Of a DNA stretch of 64,000 nt, positions 1 through 12,767 are shown one piece after another. This stretch comes from Mobula hypostoma (lineage: Eukaryota). The notes beneath the pieces are model-generated. The model worked only from the letters and a program-made list of their open reading frames with translations. It was not told where the DNA came from and ran no database searches. A program made the position numbers and the translations under genes. The stretch lies in NCBI RefSeq assembly GCF_963921235.1, contig NC_086107.1, forward strand, positions 101,000,001 to 101,064,000. The letters run 5' to 3'. The first letter of the stretch is position 1; each line of letters opens with the position of its first letter.

Positions 1-29
1 TTCCCATTTGTTTGCACAAATTAAGAAAA

Positions 30-248
30 TGATGAAGGCATTGCCATTGAGGAATAAACACTGGAATTGACTGACATGGAGAGAGAGAACAATGAAACAG
101 TGAATTAGTCAGGCAACTTTAAAGTGAATAAATTACCAGTGCTGGGACGGGGAGGAAAAGATGCCCGACTAATGCACTATTTCATTATCCTCTCTCTATA
201 CCAGTCAATTCCAGTGCTTATTCCTTAATGACAATGCCTTTGTCATCT
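30..248. repeat. MITE-like imperfect inverted repeat (~60 bp arms)
   Basis: aaggcattgccattgaggaataaacactggaattgactg at the left end pairs with cagtcaattccagtgcttattccttaatgacaatgcctt. Confidence 0.7.
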
Positions 249-873
249 GGCACCAATACTGCCCAACACTCCTTGGTGCCAGACGTGGTGCTGGAGGGTA
301 TCTTTGTTAAAATGTTAAATAAAACTTTATGAAATTGCTCCCAATTCCCACCAGCAACCCGGCCACACAAAGGGTCGTATCAGTTGGCCAGAGGAAGTGG
401 TTCAGGTCTGAGGAGTTCCTTGGACGCGTGGGGTTCATTTTAATCTAGGAGAGCAGTCTCTTGTGGGTGGAGGATGGTGGCCATGGCGACGAGGCCCAAG
501 AATTCCCTGTGGGAGGATAATACATTTTTTGGATATGAGAGGGCACCTTCTGGCCAGCTGGCTCCTGGGTCAGAGAGTCTGGGATTCCCTGTGACCAGAT
601 GCTATTTTATTGTTCATTAATAGTTTTTGTCCACTTTATTTGGAGATTTATTTGGGGTCTAATTGTCAGACATAAATAGTTTAATGGATTCTTGGTAAGA
701 AGCAAGGATTAAATTCTTCAGATCCAAATAGTTAAAATCAGGGCTGGCATCTGTGGGAGTTCCAACCACAATGTGGGCAGATGATTGAGAGTATTTCCAG
801 GGAAATTAATATTGGGATAGTTTGAGGAAAAATAATGGAAGAAAAACGCTTAATGGATAATACTCCCTCTTAG

Positions 874-951
874 ACCGACCGGGAAGGCTCTCAGCGGACT
901 TTCTCCAAAAGCAGAATGCGAGATGCTTCCACAGACACTAAGTACGACGTG
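874..951 (+). CDS. Predicted internal exon (type A repeat), TDREGSQRTFSKSRMRDASTDTKYDV
   Basis: Acceptor tactccctcttag, donor gtaagt, 78 nt, open in phase 0. Aligns with exon 60423 (T-D/E-R..RT...S..R/K-D). Confidence 0.75.
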
Positions 952-3900
952 GTAAGTGTGTAGATTGTTAATGTATCACAGTAAATGGATTTGGCATCCT
1001 TCAGGGCATTTACCACCGTTTGGGCAAGAAACCGATTTAATACTGGTTTCAGCGGGCAGTGTCAATGGAACAATGGCTTTGGTTTTACCACCTCAGGGGA
1101 ATTACTAAACAGAATCTGACAGTGACTCAAATGAGGAGGCGTCCAAAAAGCCTTGTCAACAACAGAAGGTTTTAAGGAGGATAGAAAGGTTTAGGAAGAG
1201 ATTTAAGGCCGATGTAGCATAAGGAGTGCCCAGGAAAAGTGAAAGCTGTTAAGCAGGTTTGGATAGCAGAGGCTGAAGGTGGTTTCAAGGGATAGGGATA
1301 TATATTTTGCTCCAAGTATATGCCTTTAAGACCATGAGACTAGAAGACATAGGAGCAGAATTAGGCCATTCGGCCCTTTGAGTCTGCTCTGCCATTCCAT
1401 CATGGCTGATTTATTTTCCCTCTTAACCCCATTCTCCTGCCTTCTCCCCGTAACCTTTGACGCCCTTACTAATCAAAAATCTATCAACCTCCCCTTTAAA
1501 TATTCCCATTAATTTGGTCTCCACAGCCATCTATGGCAATGAATTCCACAGATTCACCACACTCTGGCTAAAGAACTTCCTCCTCATCTCTGTTTATCCT
1601 TCATCCTTCTATTCTGAGGCTGTGTCCTCTGATTCTAGACTCCCCCACTGTAGGAAACATCTTTGCCACATCCACTCTACCTGTGTCCTCTGGTTGTAGA
1701 CTGCCCCACTATAGGAAACATTCTTTCCACGTCCACTCTATGTAGACCTTTCAATTTTCGATAGATTTCAATGAGAACCCACCCCCCCATTCTTCTAAAC
1801 TCCAGCGAGTGTAGGTCCAAAGTCATCAATTGCTGCTCGTACATTAACCTTTCCATTCCTGGGTTTATTCTTGGTTTCCTGATCTGAGATGGCAGACACT
1901 ATGTTTGAACAGAAAGATGGGTAGGATGAGGTCACACAGTCCCTCAATCCTTCTCCGCTATTTGATAAGGTCACCTCTGTGATTTGATTGCTAGGCAGTT
2001 GCAATCTTCTCCCACCTCATCCTCAGCTTTCCATGCGGATAACATCGGACATCTCCAGATTAGGCTTGGTTTGACTCTACCGGACCATTCTGCCCAAGAT
2101 GTTGAGGTCTGCGTGTGACGATTGGGTTTGGCCACCATCCTGACACTCATGCCCGCTGGCATCATCGGTAAACTTGCAGGTTGTTTCCTAAAATCAGAAT
2201 CAGGTTTATTATCACTGATATGTCATTAAATGTGTAGTTTTGCTGTAGCAGACCCGAGTAAGACATAAAAATGACTGAGTCACAAATAAATAAAAAGTTC
2301 GAAAGAGGAACAGCGAGGTAGTGTTTACGGGTCAACGGACTGTTCAGAAATCCAGTGACATTGGGGAAGAAGCTGTTCCTGAAATGTTGAATGTGGGTCG
2401 TCAGACTTCCGGGCTTCCACCCTGGTAAGAGCAATGAGAAGAGGGCACGTCCCGGATGGTGAGGGTCCTTAATGATGGATGCCACCTTCTCGAGGCACCG
2501 CCTTTGGAAGATTTCCTTGATGTTGGGGAGGGTTGTACCCGTGATGGAGCTAGCTGTGTCGTCGACCCTCTGCCCCCTCTTGCGATCCTGTGCATTGGAG
2601 CTTCCTTTCAATCAGAATGAGCCGCCAATCAGAACGCTCACAACCACCAATATGCAGGAATCTGCTAGACTTGGTGGCAAACCAAACCTCCTCAAGCTCC
2701 AAATGAAGCTGAGCTGCCAGCAGGGCTTCTTTGCGATTGCATCAGTACGTTGGGCACAGGACAGATCCTCTGAGATGTTGACGCCCAGGGACTTGAAGCT
2801 GCAGGCACTCTACATTTGGATCATTGTTTTAAGAGAAAGCAAGCAAACAGACCAACACTGATCCAAATCTGCCTCTGGGCATTTTGAACAGTGCTCAATG
2901 CAACTTGTACTCAAGAGCTTAATTCTTGCAATTTATAATTTTGAAATAGAGGTAAAATCAGAATCAGAATCAGGTTTAATATCACCAGCATATGTTGTGA
3001 AATTTATTAACTTTGCAGCAGCAGTACAATGCAATACTTGATAAATATAAAGGAAAAAACTATAGAGAAATAAATGAATTACTGTAAATATATATGTATA
3101 TTAAATAGTTAAAACAAGTAGTGCAAAACAGAAATAAATAAAAAAGTGACACACACACACAAAATGCTGGAGGAACTTAGGAACTTTTGTGTGTGATGCT
3201 TGGATTTCCAGCATATGCAGATTTTCTTGTTTGTGAAATAAAAAAAGTAGTGAGGTAGTGTTCATGGGTTTAATGTCCATGTGGAAATCAGATGGCAGAG
3301 GGGAAGAAGCTGTTCCTGAATCACTGAGTGTGTGCCTTCAGGCTTTTGTATCTCCTTCCTGATGGTAACAATGAGAAGAGGGCATGTCCTGGGTGGTGGG
3401 GGTCCTTAATGATGGACGCCGCCTTTCTGAGGCATCGCTCCTAAAGATGTCTTGGATTCTACAGAGGCCAGTGCCCATGATGGAGCTGACTAATTTTTCA
3501 ACTTCCTGCAACTTACTTCGATCCTTCGCGGTAGCCACCCCTCCCATACCAGACGGCGATGCAGCCGGTTAGAATGCTCTCCACTGTACATCTGTACAAG
3601 TTTTCGAGTGTGTTAGATGACAAACCAAATCCCCTCAAACTCCTAAATCTTACAAGAGTACTGAACAAGGCACAGTGAGGAGAAGCTTCCTTCAAGGAGG
3701 GCAGGATCTAGGTCGAAGATGAGTGCAGACAGTTAGATAACAGTGGCTCTGAACTGCAGCTGTATACCTTCAGCCCCAAACCTCTACATCTTTACTCTAT
3801 ATCCAAAATAAAGGCAGCTGACCTCCAGAATCAGCAGCCTTTTGGGGTGAGAATTCCAATTTTCCTGTACAATCTGCGAAGTGATTCAGTCCCAGATGTC

Positions 3901-4603
3901 AAAGGGCTTGTCCTGGATTTACCACATTTTGGAAGTTAATTCCTCCAACGAGTCCTTCTTTCGTTACGAGTTCTCAATTATGCCTTGCTTCTCCAGTACA
4001 CCGTGTTTCAGTCCAGTCCATCCTCAGAGATTAACCCTTTCAGCCCTGATGTTATTCTGATGAATCTTCTTTCCATCCTTGGGAGACGAGGTACAGTGTA
4101 GAGAGGCAGCGGAGGACCTCAGAGGTTTTGCACCTCTAAAAGAGTGCTTTAAGGCTTTAAAATTCCAAGCCCATGAACCTGAAGTTTAATTGGCCTCCCT
4201 CCCTCCCATCTGCCTGTGTCAACCTGCAACTGAGTCATAAACATTAAAAGCTGAAGCATCTCTACATGATCCCTGGAGACAGACAGTAGGAAATCAGCAG
4301 AGGCTGGAGCGCACACAAAATGCTGGAGGAACTCAGCAGACGAGGCAGCATCTACGGAAAAAAGCAAACAGTCGACATTAGGTTCCTGGAGAAATTATTA
4401 TAGCCTACCCGCCCCTCACCCCCGTGCCTGTTTCCTAATACCAGCCATCTCATAATCCCACTTCTAATTCCGTGCAATTCAAAGACTCACTTGTAGTTAT
4501 CCTCAAGTTGTCTATATGCAACCTCACATACGCTTCTATCCACCACATTAAGGCAACCGACAAGTCTGAACTAATCTGGTTTGATCCTCCCTGTTTGCAT
4601 TAG

Positions 4604-4663
4604 GAGCAACATTTTGCAGTGTGCCCATCTGACAAAGGGATGAAGAAATGTGGGATGTCGAGG
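4604..4663 (+). CDS. Predicted internal exon EQHFAVCPSDKGMKKCGMSR
   Basis: Acceptor ctgtttgcattag, donor gtaaga, 60 nt, only phase 0 is open. Weak similarity to the type B exons. Confidence 0.5.
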
Positions 4664-5119
4664 GTAAGAAAGAAAGATGCGATGAATCAGTGTTGCTCGG
4701 ATTTCCAGCATCTGCAGATCCTCTCTTGTTTGTCAATTAGTCCATCGCAGCTACTTAAAACAAAATGGAAATTGCTCTGAATGCTCAAATGGCCAGGCGG
4801 CATCTGTGGGGAACACAGAAGACTTGTTGTAAGAGGACGATCAGAATTAAAGAATTCTGTTTCACTCTCCACGCGCTGCTGTCCAATCAACTGAGTATAA
4901 CCAGAGTTTCTCTTGCATCTCAGAATCCTGGTGTCTGCAGTATTTTGCTTTTGTGAAAGCTGATGAAGATATGCGAGCATCAAAGGGGGGTAGGGAAAGG
5001 GTAAAGAGTTCAATGGGCCTAAATCAATCCCTGGTTTTAACTGGTTCAGATTGATTTTATTACCAGTTCCTAAAGATCAATAGTTTAGTAATTAGGAGAT
5101 CCCACTCAGTATGAATCCT

Positions 5120-6727
5120 ATTCCCCCTGCAGCTGGATCCTTGTCTTCCTAACCGGAAGACCACAATTTGTGCGGATTAGAAATAACTTCTCCACCTCGC
5201 TGACAATCAATACTGACCCACCTCAGGGATGTGTGCTTAGCCCACTGCTCTACTCTCTCTACACTCTTGACTGTGTGGCTAGGCACAGCTCAAACACCAT
5301 CTTTAAAATTAGCTGATGATACAACCATAGTTGGCAGAATCTCAGATGATGACGAAAAGGCGGACAGGAGTGAGAAATACCAGCTAGTCGAGTGCTGTCG
5401 CAGTAACAACCTTGCACTCAACGTCAGTAAGACCAATGAACTGATTGTGGACTTCAGAAAGGGTAAGATGAGGAAACACACACCAGTCCTCAGTGAGGGA
5501 TCAGATGTGGAGAGAATGAGCAACTTCAAGTTCCTGGGTGTCAAAATCTCTCAGGATTTTACCTGGACCCAACATATCGATGCAGCTACAAAGGAGGCAC
5601 AACAGTGACTATATTTCATTTGAAGCTTGAGGAGATTCACTTGCAAATTTCTGCAGATGTACTGTGGAGAGTGTTCAAAATGGCTACAAATCCATCTGGT
5701 TTGTTGGGTGGGGGGTGGTACTGCACGGGATCGAAGTAAGTTGTAGAAAGTTGTGAACTCAGTCAGCTCCATCATGGGCACTGGCCTCTGTATCTAGGAC
5801 ATCTTCAAGGAGCGATGTCTCAAAAAGGCAGTGTCCATCAGTAAGGGCCCCATCACCCAGAACATGCCCTCTTCTCATTGTTAACATCAGGAAGGAGGTA
5901 CATAAGCCTGAAGGCGCACACTCAACGATTAACAATTCAGGAACAGCTTCTTCCCATCTGCCATCAGATCCGTCTCGGTTCACAAGACCCTGCAGCGGAT
6001 AGTGAGGTCAGCTGAGAAGATCATCGGGGTCTTTCTTCCCGCCATTACAGACATTTACACTACACGCTGCACCTATAAAGCCAACAGCATTGTGAAGGAG
6101 CCCACGCACCCCTCATACAAACTCTTCTCCCTCCTGCCATCTGGCAAAAGGTACCGAAGCATTCAGGCTCTCACGACCAGACTGTTCAACAGTTTCTTCC
6201 CCCAAGCCATCAGACTTCTTAGTACCCAGAGACTAGACTGACATCTACATCATTTATTATTATATTGTAATTTGTCCCCTACTGTGCCTATTGTCTTGTT
6301 TATTATTTATTGTACTGCCCTGCACTGTTTTGTGCACTTTATGTAGTCCTGTAGTGTAGTGTAGCTTTTTGTGTTGTCTTACATAGTCTAGTGTAGCCTT
6401 GTGTTGTCTCAGTCTAGTGTAGTTTTGTGTTGTTTCATGTCACACCATGGTCCTGGAGGAATGTTGTTTCGTTTTTACTGTGTACTGTACCAGCAGTTTA
6501 TGGCCGAAATGACTTGACTTGATTTCTGAATGGACGTTGAACCCATGAACATTACTTCACTACTTTTTTTATTTCTGTTTTGCACTACTTTTTAAATTTA
6601 ACTATGTTTTATATACTTGCTGTAATTCATTTTTTCCTCTATTATTATGTGTTGCGTTGAACTGCTGCCACCAAGTTAACAAATTTCATGACATATGCCA
6701 GTGATATTAAACCTGATTCTGATTCTA
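5120..6727 (+). mobile_element. Rex1/Babar-type LINE fragment with a nested second copy (~5983-6520)
   Basis: [12 protein letters not shown]...LALNVSKTNELIVDFRK...FKFLGV and HP...LF.LLPSGKRYRS...NSFFP peptides. gattct repeat tail. Confidence 0.85.
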
Positions 6728-6885
6728 TTTTGTTTGACGCAGTTAATTAGCTAAAGCAGCGGGGGGAACCAGGTACTGTGTGCAGGAGACAATTGAAAAG
6801 GGTTGTAATATGGCTTGTGTGCCTTTAAATAGGTATACTGATTGTTACTTGCAATGCGTTCTTAAGGATGCATCATTTTTTACAG

Positions 6886-6966
6886 CCTGACAGAGGTGTC
6901 TCAAAACAGGCCTCCTCATTCTCAATGAAAATCAACCACCGATATCTAACACAGCAGCGTGATAAG
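6886..6966 (+). CDS. Predicted internal exon PDRGVSKQASSFSMKINHRYLTQQRDK
   Basis: Acceptor catcattttttacag, donor gtaatt, 81 nt, phase 0-0. xD/ERG start is shared with 60423 and 63653. Confidence 0.75.
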
Positions 6967-7250
6967 GTAATTAATGTTGGTAATTATTATTTATTAGCTG
7001 TTAAACCTGGCATTGCTCTGGTTTTTATACTGGCAAACATGATGTTTCCATGCAACTATGTTCTATAAAACTTCATATAAGTGAAATAAAATCTGACTTA
7101 AATATATAATTATTCCTTGAATAATATATTTAGCGGATTCAAAATTTGTAGTTTAACTAAAGTTTCCTATAAAAAGGAAGATATACTAAAAAGTAAGTAT
7201 GCTTACAAAATTCCCTTTAAGTGGGTACGTATATATACACAATGCCTAAA

Positions 7251-7552
7251 TGCGTGGCCAAGTGGTTAAGGCGTTGGCCTAGTGATTTGAGGGTTGCTAG
7301 TTTGAGCCTTGGCTGAAGCTGTGTGTTGTGTCCTTGAGCAAGGCACTTAACCACACATTGCTCTGCGATGACACTGGTGCCAAGCTGTATGGGCCCTAAT
7401 GCCCTTCCCTTGGACGACCTCGGTGGCGTGGAGAGGGGAGACTTGTAGCATGGGCAACTGCTGGTCTTCCATACAACCTTGCCCAGGCCTGCGCCCTGGA
7501 AACTTTCCAAGGCGCAAATCTATGGCCTCATGAGACTAACGGATGCCTATAA
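7251..7552 (+). mobile_element. tRNA-derived SINE
   Basis: A box TGGCCAAGTGG, B-box-like agtttgagcc and gtgtccttgagcaaggcactt body. Paralog at 44390. Confidence 0.75.
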
Positions 7553-7609
7553 ATGTATTCAATTGTAATGTTGAAATATTCCATTGCTTCGTAAACACTT
7601 CAGCTCAGT

Positions 7610-8735
7610 GTTTAACACGATCTTCCCTTGGAGGCTGGTGGGTAAACTGTCCTTGTTGGGACTCAACGCCCCTCTCCGTAATTTCTTGGCAGAAAGACCA
7701 TAGTCAGTTGGAGTTGGCAGCAACACTTCAAGCTCCATCATGCTGAGCACTGCTGCCCTGGGGCTGTGTGTTCAGCTCACTTCTATTCACGCTGCTGACT
7801 CACGACTGTACTGCCAGATCCACCTCAAACTGCATCATCAGGTTCGCTGATGATACAACAGTGGCTGGCCCCACCGGCAACAGTGATGAGTCAGCAGACA
7901 GACAGGAGGTGGAGAGGCCTGTCAAATGGTGTGAGAACAACAACCTGAGTCTCAACGTGGACAAGACAGAAGAGATGATTGTGAACTCCAGGAAGGCACA
8001 GGCCAACTATTTTCCATTGCACATCAATGGCTCTGCTTTGGTGAGAGTGAAGAGCACAAAGTTCCTTGGTGTGCACATAACGGACCCTGGACCCACAACT
8101 CCTCCTCACTAGTCAAGAAGGCACCGCAGCATCTGCATTTTCTGAGGAGATCGAGGCGTGCAAGGCTCCCCACCCCCATTCTAACAACTTTCCACAGGAG
8201 CACCGTTGGGAGTGTCCAGTCCTGCTGGATCATTGTGTGGTACGGAAGCTGTGAAGCTTTGGATCACAAGACCCTACAGAGGATAGTGAAACCCGCCAAG
8301 AGGATCACTGGGGTTTCCCTCCCACTGTTTGTGGCATTTACCAGGAGCGTAGGGCCCAAAGCATTGTTGAAGATCCCTAACAACCACAATCTCTTTGACT
8401 CATTATCGTCAGGAAGGAGGTACAGGAATGTCAAGACTAGGATTACCAGACTGAGTAACATCTCCCTCCCTCAGGCTGTGAGACTATTGCATACCCTGTG
8501 ACCACCAAGGTCTCATCGCCAGGATACCGAGCTATTTACCGTTTATTGTACTGTTTACCGTTTACCTCTGCTGCACACCACATGCACTTTGAATTATATT
8601 TTATTAACTTATCTGTGGTAATGTTGTTAACGTGCTGTGTGTGATACACGTTTTGTGGGTACGCTGTAGTCCAGAGGGACGCTGTTTCATTTGGTTGTAG
8701 ATACGTACAGTCAGGTGACAATAAACTTGAACTTG
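7610..8735 (+). mobile_element. Rex1/Babar-type LINE fragment (others near 2000-3645, 12900-13480, 22970-23410, 36170-39010, 46495-47090, 52675-53270)
   Basis: LFTLLTHDC...FADDTTV...LSLNVDKT peptide. acttga repeat tail. Confidence 0.85.
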
Positions 8736-9674
8736 AAAACACTGGACATTTTGTTTTTGAACCTGATTATTTTTATTTCTGACTCTGGAACAACCAACAT
8801 AGAGCTGACCATGGGAAAAGCATTCCTTTCCAGATAAAGGTCACAGCTTTCAGTGGTCGTCCTTGGTCCACTGATGGTCACAACAAAACTAAGCTGAACA
8901 GGAAACTGAGTCAATTGTGTTGGAAAGGTCAATCAGGCGGGATAATTGGTATCTAAGACATTTTCCCGAACATTATAACTAACCCTTATTGTAGACTCAA
9001 TTGTATGTGGTACCATTTTTGAAAACTTTTCCGAAAATTTGTATCTTTAGGTGCGCTGTTTGTCAATAAAGATGCAAGAGTTTTAGGAAGGACCTATAAG
9101 AAGTGGTATTTGAACCTACCCATTACTAAGGCACATTCCAGAATTTTCCTTTCCACTTTAAAGCAACCAGTGAGTGCAAGAAGTGGGCATTGATCCAATC
9201 AAAACTATTGGCTCAGAGAAATAGACAACATTTGGGTTATGAACAAAAGCAGATAGCTTCCAAATGCAATTATTTTTTTTTTTTGCTGCAGTTTTTCTGC
9301 TAAAGCTAGTTGGGAATGTACATTTCCTTCCACACTTTGAGCCTCTCCTGGTGCAGCCTTGGTAATACACTGCCTCTTCCACTGGAACCTTCCTCTTTCT
9401 CTGCAATGTCTCAGGGGGATTCTGTAGCTCAGTAAAACTTCTTAAAAATTGATGCAATGTCATAAAAACTGTACAAATGCAGTGTACCTCTCAGAACCAA
9501 GGTTAAACATGTACCTGTTTATTAAAAAAAAGATTTAAATTTTAGGTGATTTATTTCAATAAACAGAAATGCAAATTAATTTAGATGGTTGAAGGTAAGA
9601 GGATTGGCCAGAATTTTTAATTATTAATTTTCAATGGAAAAATTCAGGAGTTTTGGGACCCATAACTTCTAAAC

Positions 9675-9752
9675 CAGGGTTCCCAATCAGGTGTCCACAG
9701 ACCCCTTAGTTAATAGTAGGGGTCCGTGGCATAATCAAGGTTGGGAACCCTG
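9675..9752. mobile_element. 78-bp hAT (Charlie-type) MITE
   Basis: TIR CAGGGTTCCCAA/TTGGGAACCCTG. 8-bp flanks ttctaaac and tactaaag. Confidence 0.75.
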
Positions 9753-11234
9753 TACTAAAGTATATTAAACTTCGCCACTCTTCACATGTCTTTAGGGTAA
9801 ACCTCGTGTCCTAGATTCACAAGAAAAAAGTTATCCACTTTCATTTGGGGGAAATTAAAATATAGTTTCTTTTAATCGATGGGAAAATGCCTGTGATGGA
9901 TTTAGAAAAACTAAGAGTGTGGTACACGCCCTTGTTCAAAACTTAACTTAGATACAAAATTTCAGGTCTCTTAAGTTGTTTCCTTACTGAGCAGGTCAAA
10001 CAAATATTCTGCTTTGTTAAATATATTTAGCTGATGGGCATTCTCACTTGTTCTCTGTGCTCCTGCCACTGTAATTCTGAATCTTCTCAAAGCACCAGTT
10101 ATTAATTTGCCTGTGTTGGCCCAGATGGAGACTGTTGGTGATCCGGGGTTGCCACAGCTGAATTTGACCCCTTCCTCTCCGGACAGTCACATTGATGCAC
10201 AGGAAGAGGCTGTCTGACCCATGATGTCTGTGTTAGCTCTTTTAAGAGTTAATTCTTCCCTACACTCCCTGTATGACTGCAGTCTCCATAGTCATCCAGT
10301 TCTGAATCTGCCTCCGCCACTCACTGTATCCCCGTCACAAACTTGAACTTGAACGACCCAATGTAACTATAAAACCTTCTTCCACTGGACGTCTTCCCTC
10401 AAATTTGTGCCTTCTGCTAATGGGACTAGTTCTCCTTATAGCAGTGGAAACTCTTGGCAGTTTTAAGCAGCTCTGAATTTTTCCCTTAACCCTCTCTGAC
10501 TTCAGGAAAACAATCCCACTTCCTGTGTAGAACATAAATCCTTCAATCCTGTTGCGACTCTAATAAGCCACCTACACTGTGCTCCCTACAGTGTGGCCCC
10601 CAGATGTGGCCACAATACTCCTGATGGTTTCTACAGGTTCAGCAATCCCCATGCCAATTTACAAAGCTAAGGTATCTGTAGATATCTTTTTAGTCATAGT
10701 CATACTTTATTGATCCCAGGGGAAATTGGTTTTCGTTACAGTTGCACCATAAATAATAAATAGTAATAGAACCATAAATAGTTAAATAGTACCATTTAAG
10801 CCATCCACCCAAGATATTTTGCCAATTTCATCAACTTCTAGGTCATTGTGTCCCTGGACACTCTTAAATTTGTAGTGTTTAGTTGAGTCGATGTACTTAT
10901 TAAGTAGCTGAATGAAAACTCTAGATGATTCTGCCAGCCCTTTCGCTAATTCAGGAGAATTACAGTAACCCCATCACAACGGCTTAATCCTTATGTCATT
11001 GGTACACCTAGTGGCGTTCTTTTCCGAGCTGAGTCCCATTCTAAAGATATGCTTGTCACATATACATTATAACATCAAAACATACAGTGAAATGCATCAT
11101 TTGCATCAATGGCCAAGGATGTGCTGTGGGCAGCCCACAAGTGTCACCCTGCTTCCAATGCCAATATAGCGTGCTCACAGCTCACTCACCCTAACCCGTA
11201 TGACTTTGGAATGTGGGAGGACAATGGAGCACCC

Positions 11235-12215
11235 ATATAACCATATAATCATATAACAATTACAGCACAGAAACAGGCCATCTCAGCCCTTCTAGTCCGT
11301 GCTGAATGCTTACTCTCACCTAGTCCCACCGACCTGCACTCAGCCCATAACCCTCCGTTCCTTTCCTGTCCATATATCGATCCAATTTAACTTTAAGTGA
11401 CAACATCGAACCTGCCTCAACCACTTCTGCTGGAAGCTCGTTCCACACAGCTACCACTCTCTGAGTAAAGAAGTTCCCCCTCGTGTTACCCCTAAACTTT
11501 TGCTCCTTAACTCTCAACTCATGTCCTCTTGTTTGAATCTCCCCCACTCTCAATGGAAAAAGCTTATCCACGTCAACTCTATCAATCCCCCTCATAATTT
11601 TAAACACCTCTGTCAAGTCCTCCCTCAACCTTCTACGTTCCAAAGAATAAAGACCCAACTTGTACAACCTTTCTCTGTAACTTAGGTGCTGAAACCCAGG
11701 TAACATTCTAGTAAATCCTCTCTGTACTCTCTCTATTTTTATTGACATCTTTCCTATAATTCGGTGACCAGAACTGTACACAATACTCCAAATTTGGCCT
11801 CACCAATGCCTCGTACAATTTCAACATTACATCCCAACTCCTATACTCAATGCTCTGATTTATAAAGGCCAGCAAACCAAAAGCTTTAATCACCACCCTA
11901 TCCACATGAGATTCCACCTTCAGGGAACTATGCACCATTATTCCTAGATCCCTCTGTTCTACTGCATTCCTCAATGCCCAACCATTTACCATGTATGATC
12001 TATTTTGATTAGTCCTACCAAAATGTAGCACCTCACATTTATCAGCATTAAACTCCATCTGCCATCTTTCAGTCCACTCTTCCAACTGGCCAAAATCTCT
12101 CTGCAAGCTTTGAAAACCTACTTCATTATCCAGAACGCCACCTATCTTAGTATCATCTGCATACTTACTAATCCAATTTACCACCCCATCATCCAGATCA
12201 TTAATGTATATGACA
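11235..12215 (-). mobile_element. CR1 LINE 3' fragment inserted in a SINE
   Basis: YINDLD...KYADDTKIG...EQRDLG...RPNLEYCVQFWSP and FFTQRVV..WN.LP motifs. Confidence 0.92.
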
Positions 12216-12319
12216 GAGGAAACCCACACAGTCACGGGTCACATTTCAGTCTCTTGAGCACATAATTTGGGCTGCAACTTCTGTTGTGTTGTTCAGCATT
12301 GGAACTGCTGTCTAAACTT

Positions 12320-12570
12320 TCAGGCTGGATGTAAAAGAGCCCACAGCATTATTTCAAAAAGAAGCAATTGCCCCTGGTGTCCTGGTTAGTATCTATCTTT
12401 AGCCAATATCGTCAAAGCAGGTAATCTGGTCAGTAGCTCACTGCAATGTGCAGCACCTTACAATGAGCTCCTGTCTGTATTGACATCTCCTATGGCAGAA
12501 CATCAATAGTACTTCATTGACAATAATGAAGTTTGAGGCTGTGAAAGTTATGATTCATTTATAATTCAAA
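12320..12570 (+). mobile_element. Ancient Deu-domain SINE remnant (reverse copies near 19130-19260, 41805-42060)
   Basis: cctggtgtcctgg...atctggtca...agtacttcattg...gctgtgaaag resembles AmnSINE/SacSINE1 from memory. Confidence 0.5.
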
Positions 12571-12686
12571 GAAATTCTCTTTGCCGTTTTTTTTTGTTTC
12601 CCTATACATCATTCTAGTTGACTGAATACATTGCATATTTTCCGAAAACCTCATGCTGTTTTTTTTTCGAATTCTTCTGCTGTTAG

Positions 12687-12767
12687 GTGGATACAAGGGT
12701 TTACTCCCAAAAAGAAGAACTGACCATCTGCACTAAATGTTCCCGCTTTGCTTTGGAAGTTAACAAG
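12687..12767 (+). CDS. Predicted internal exon VDTRVYSQKEELTICTKCSRFALEVNK
   Basis: Acceptor ttcttctgctgttag, donor gtttgt, 81 nt, phase 0-0. Similar to exon 50845. Confidence 0.75.

Noticed and set aside
7251..7325. tRNA-like sequence
   Set aside because: It is a SINE head continuing into the repeat body, with no intact cloverleaf.
9051..9105. Exon-like segment (tatctttag ... gtattt) reading ALFVNKDARVLGRTYKK
   Set aside because: 55 nt with a stop in phase 0, so it is incompatible with the flanking phase 0 exons. At best a decayed copy.
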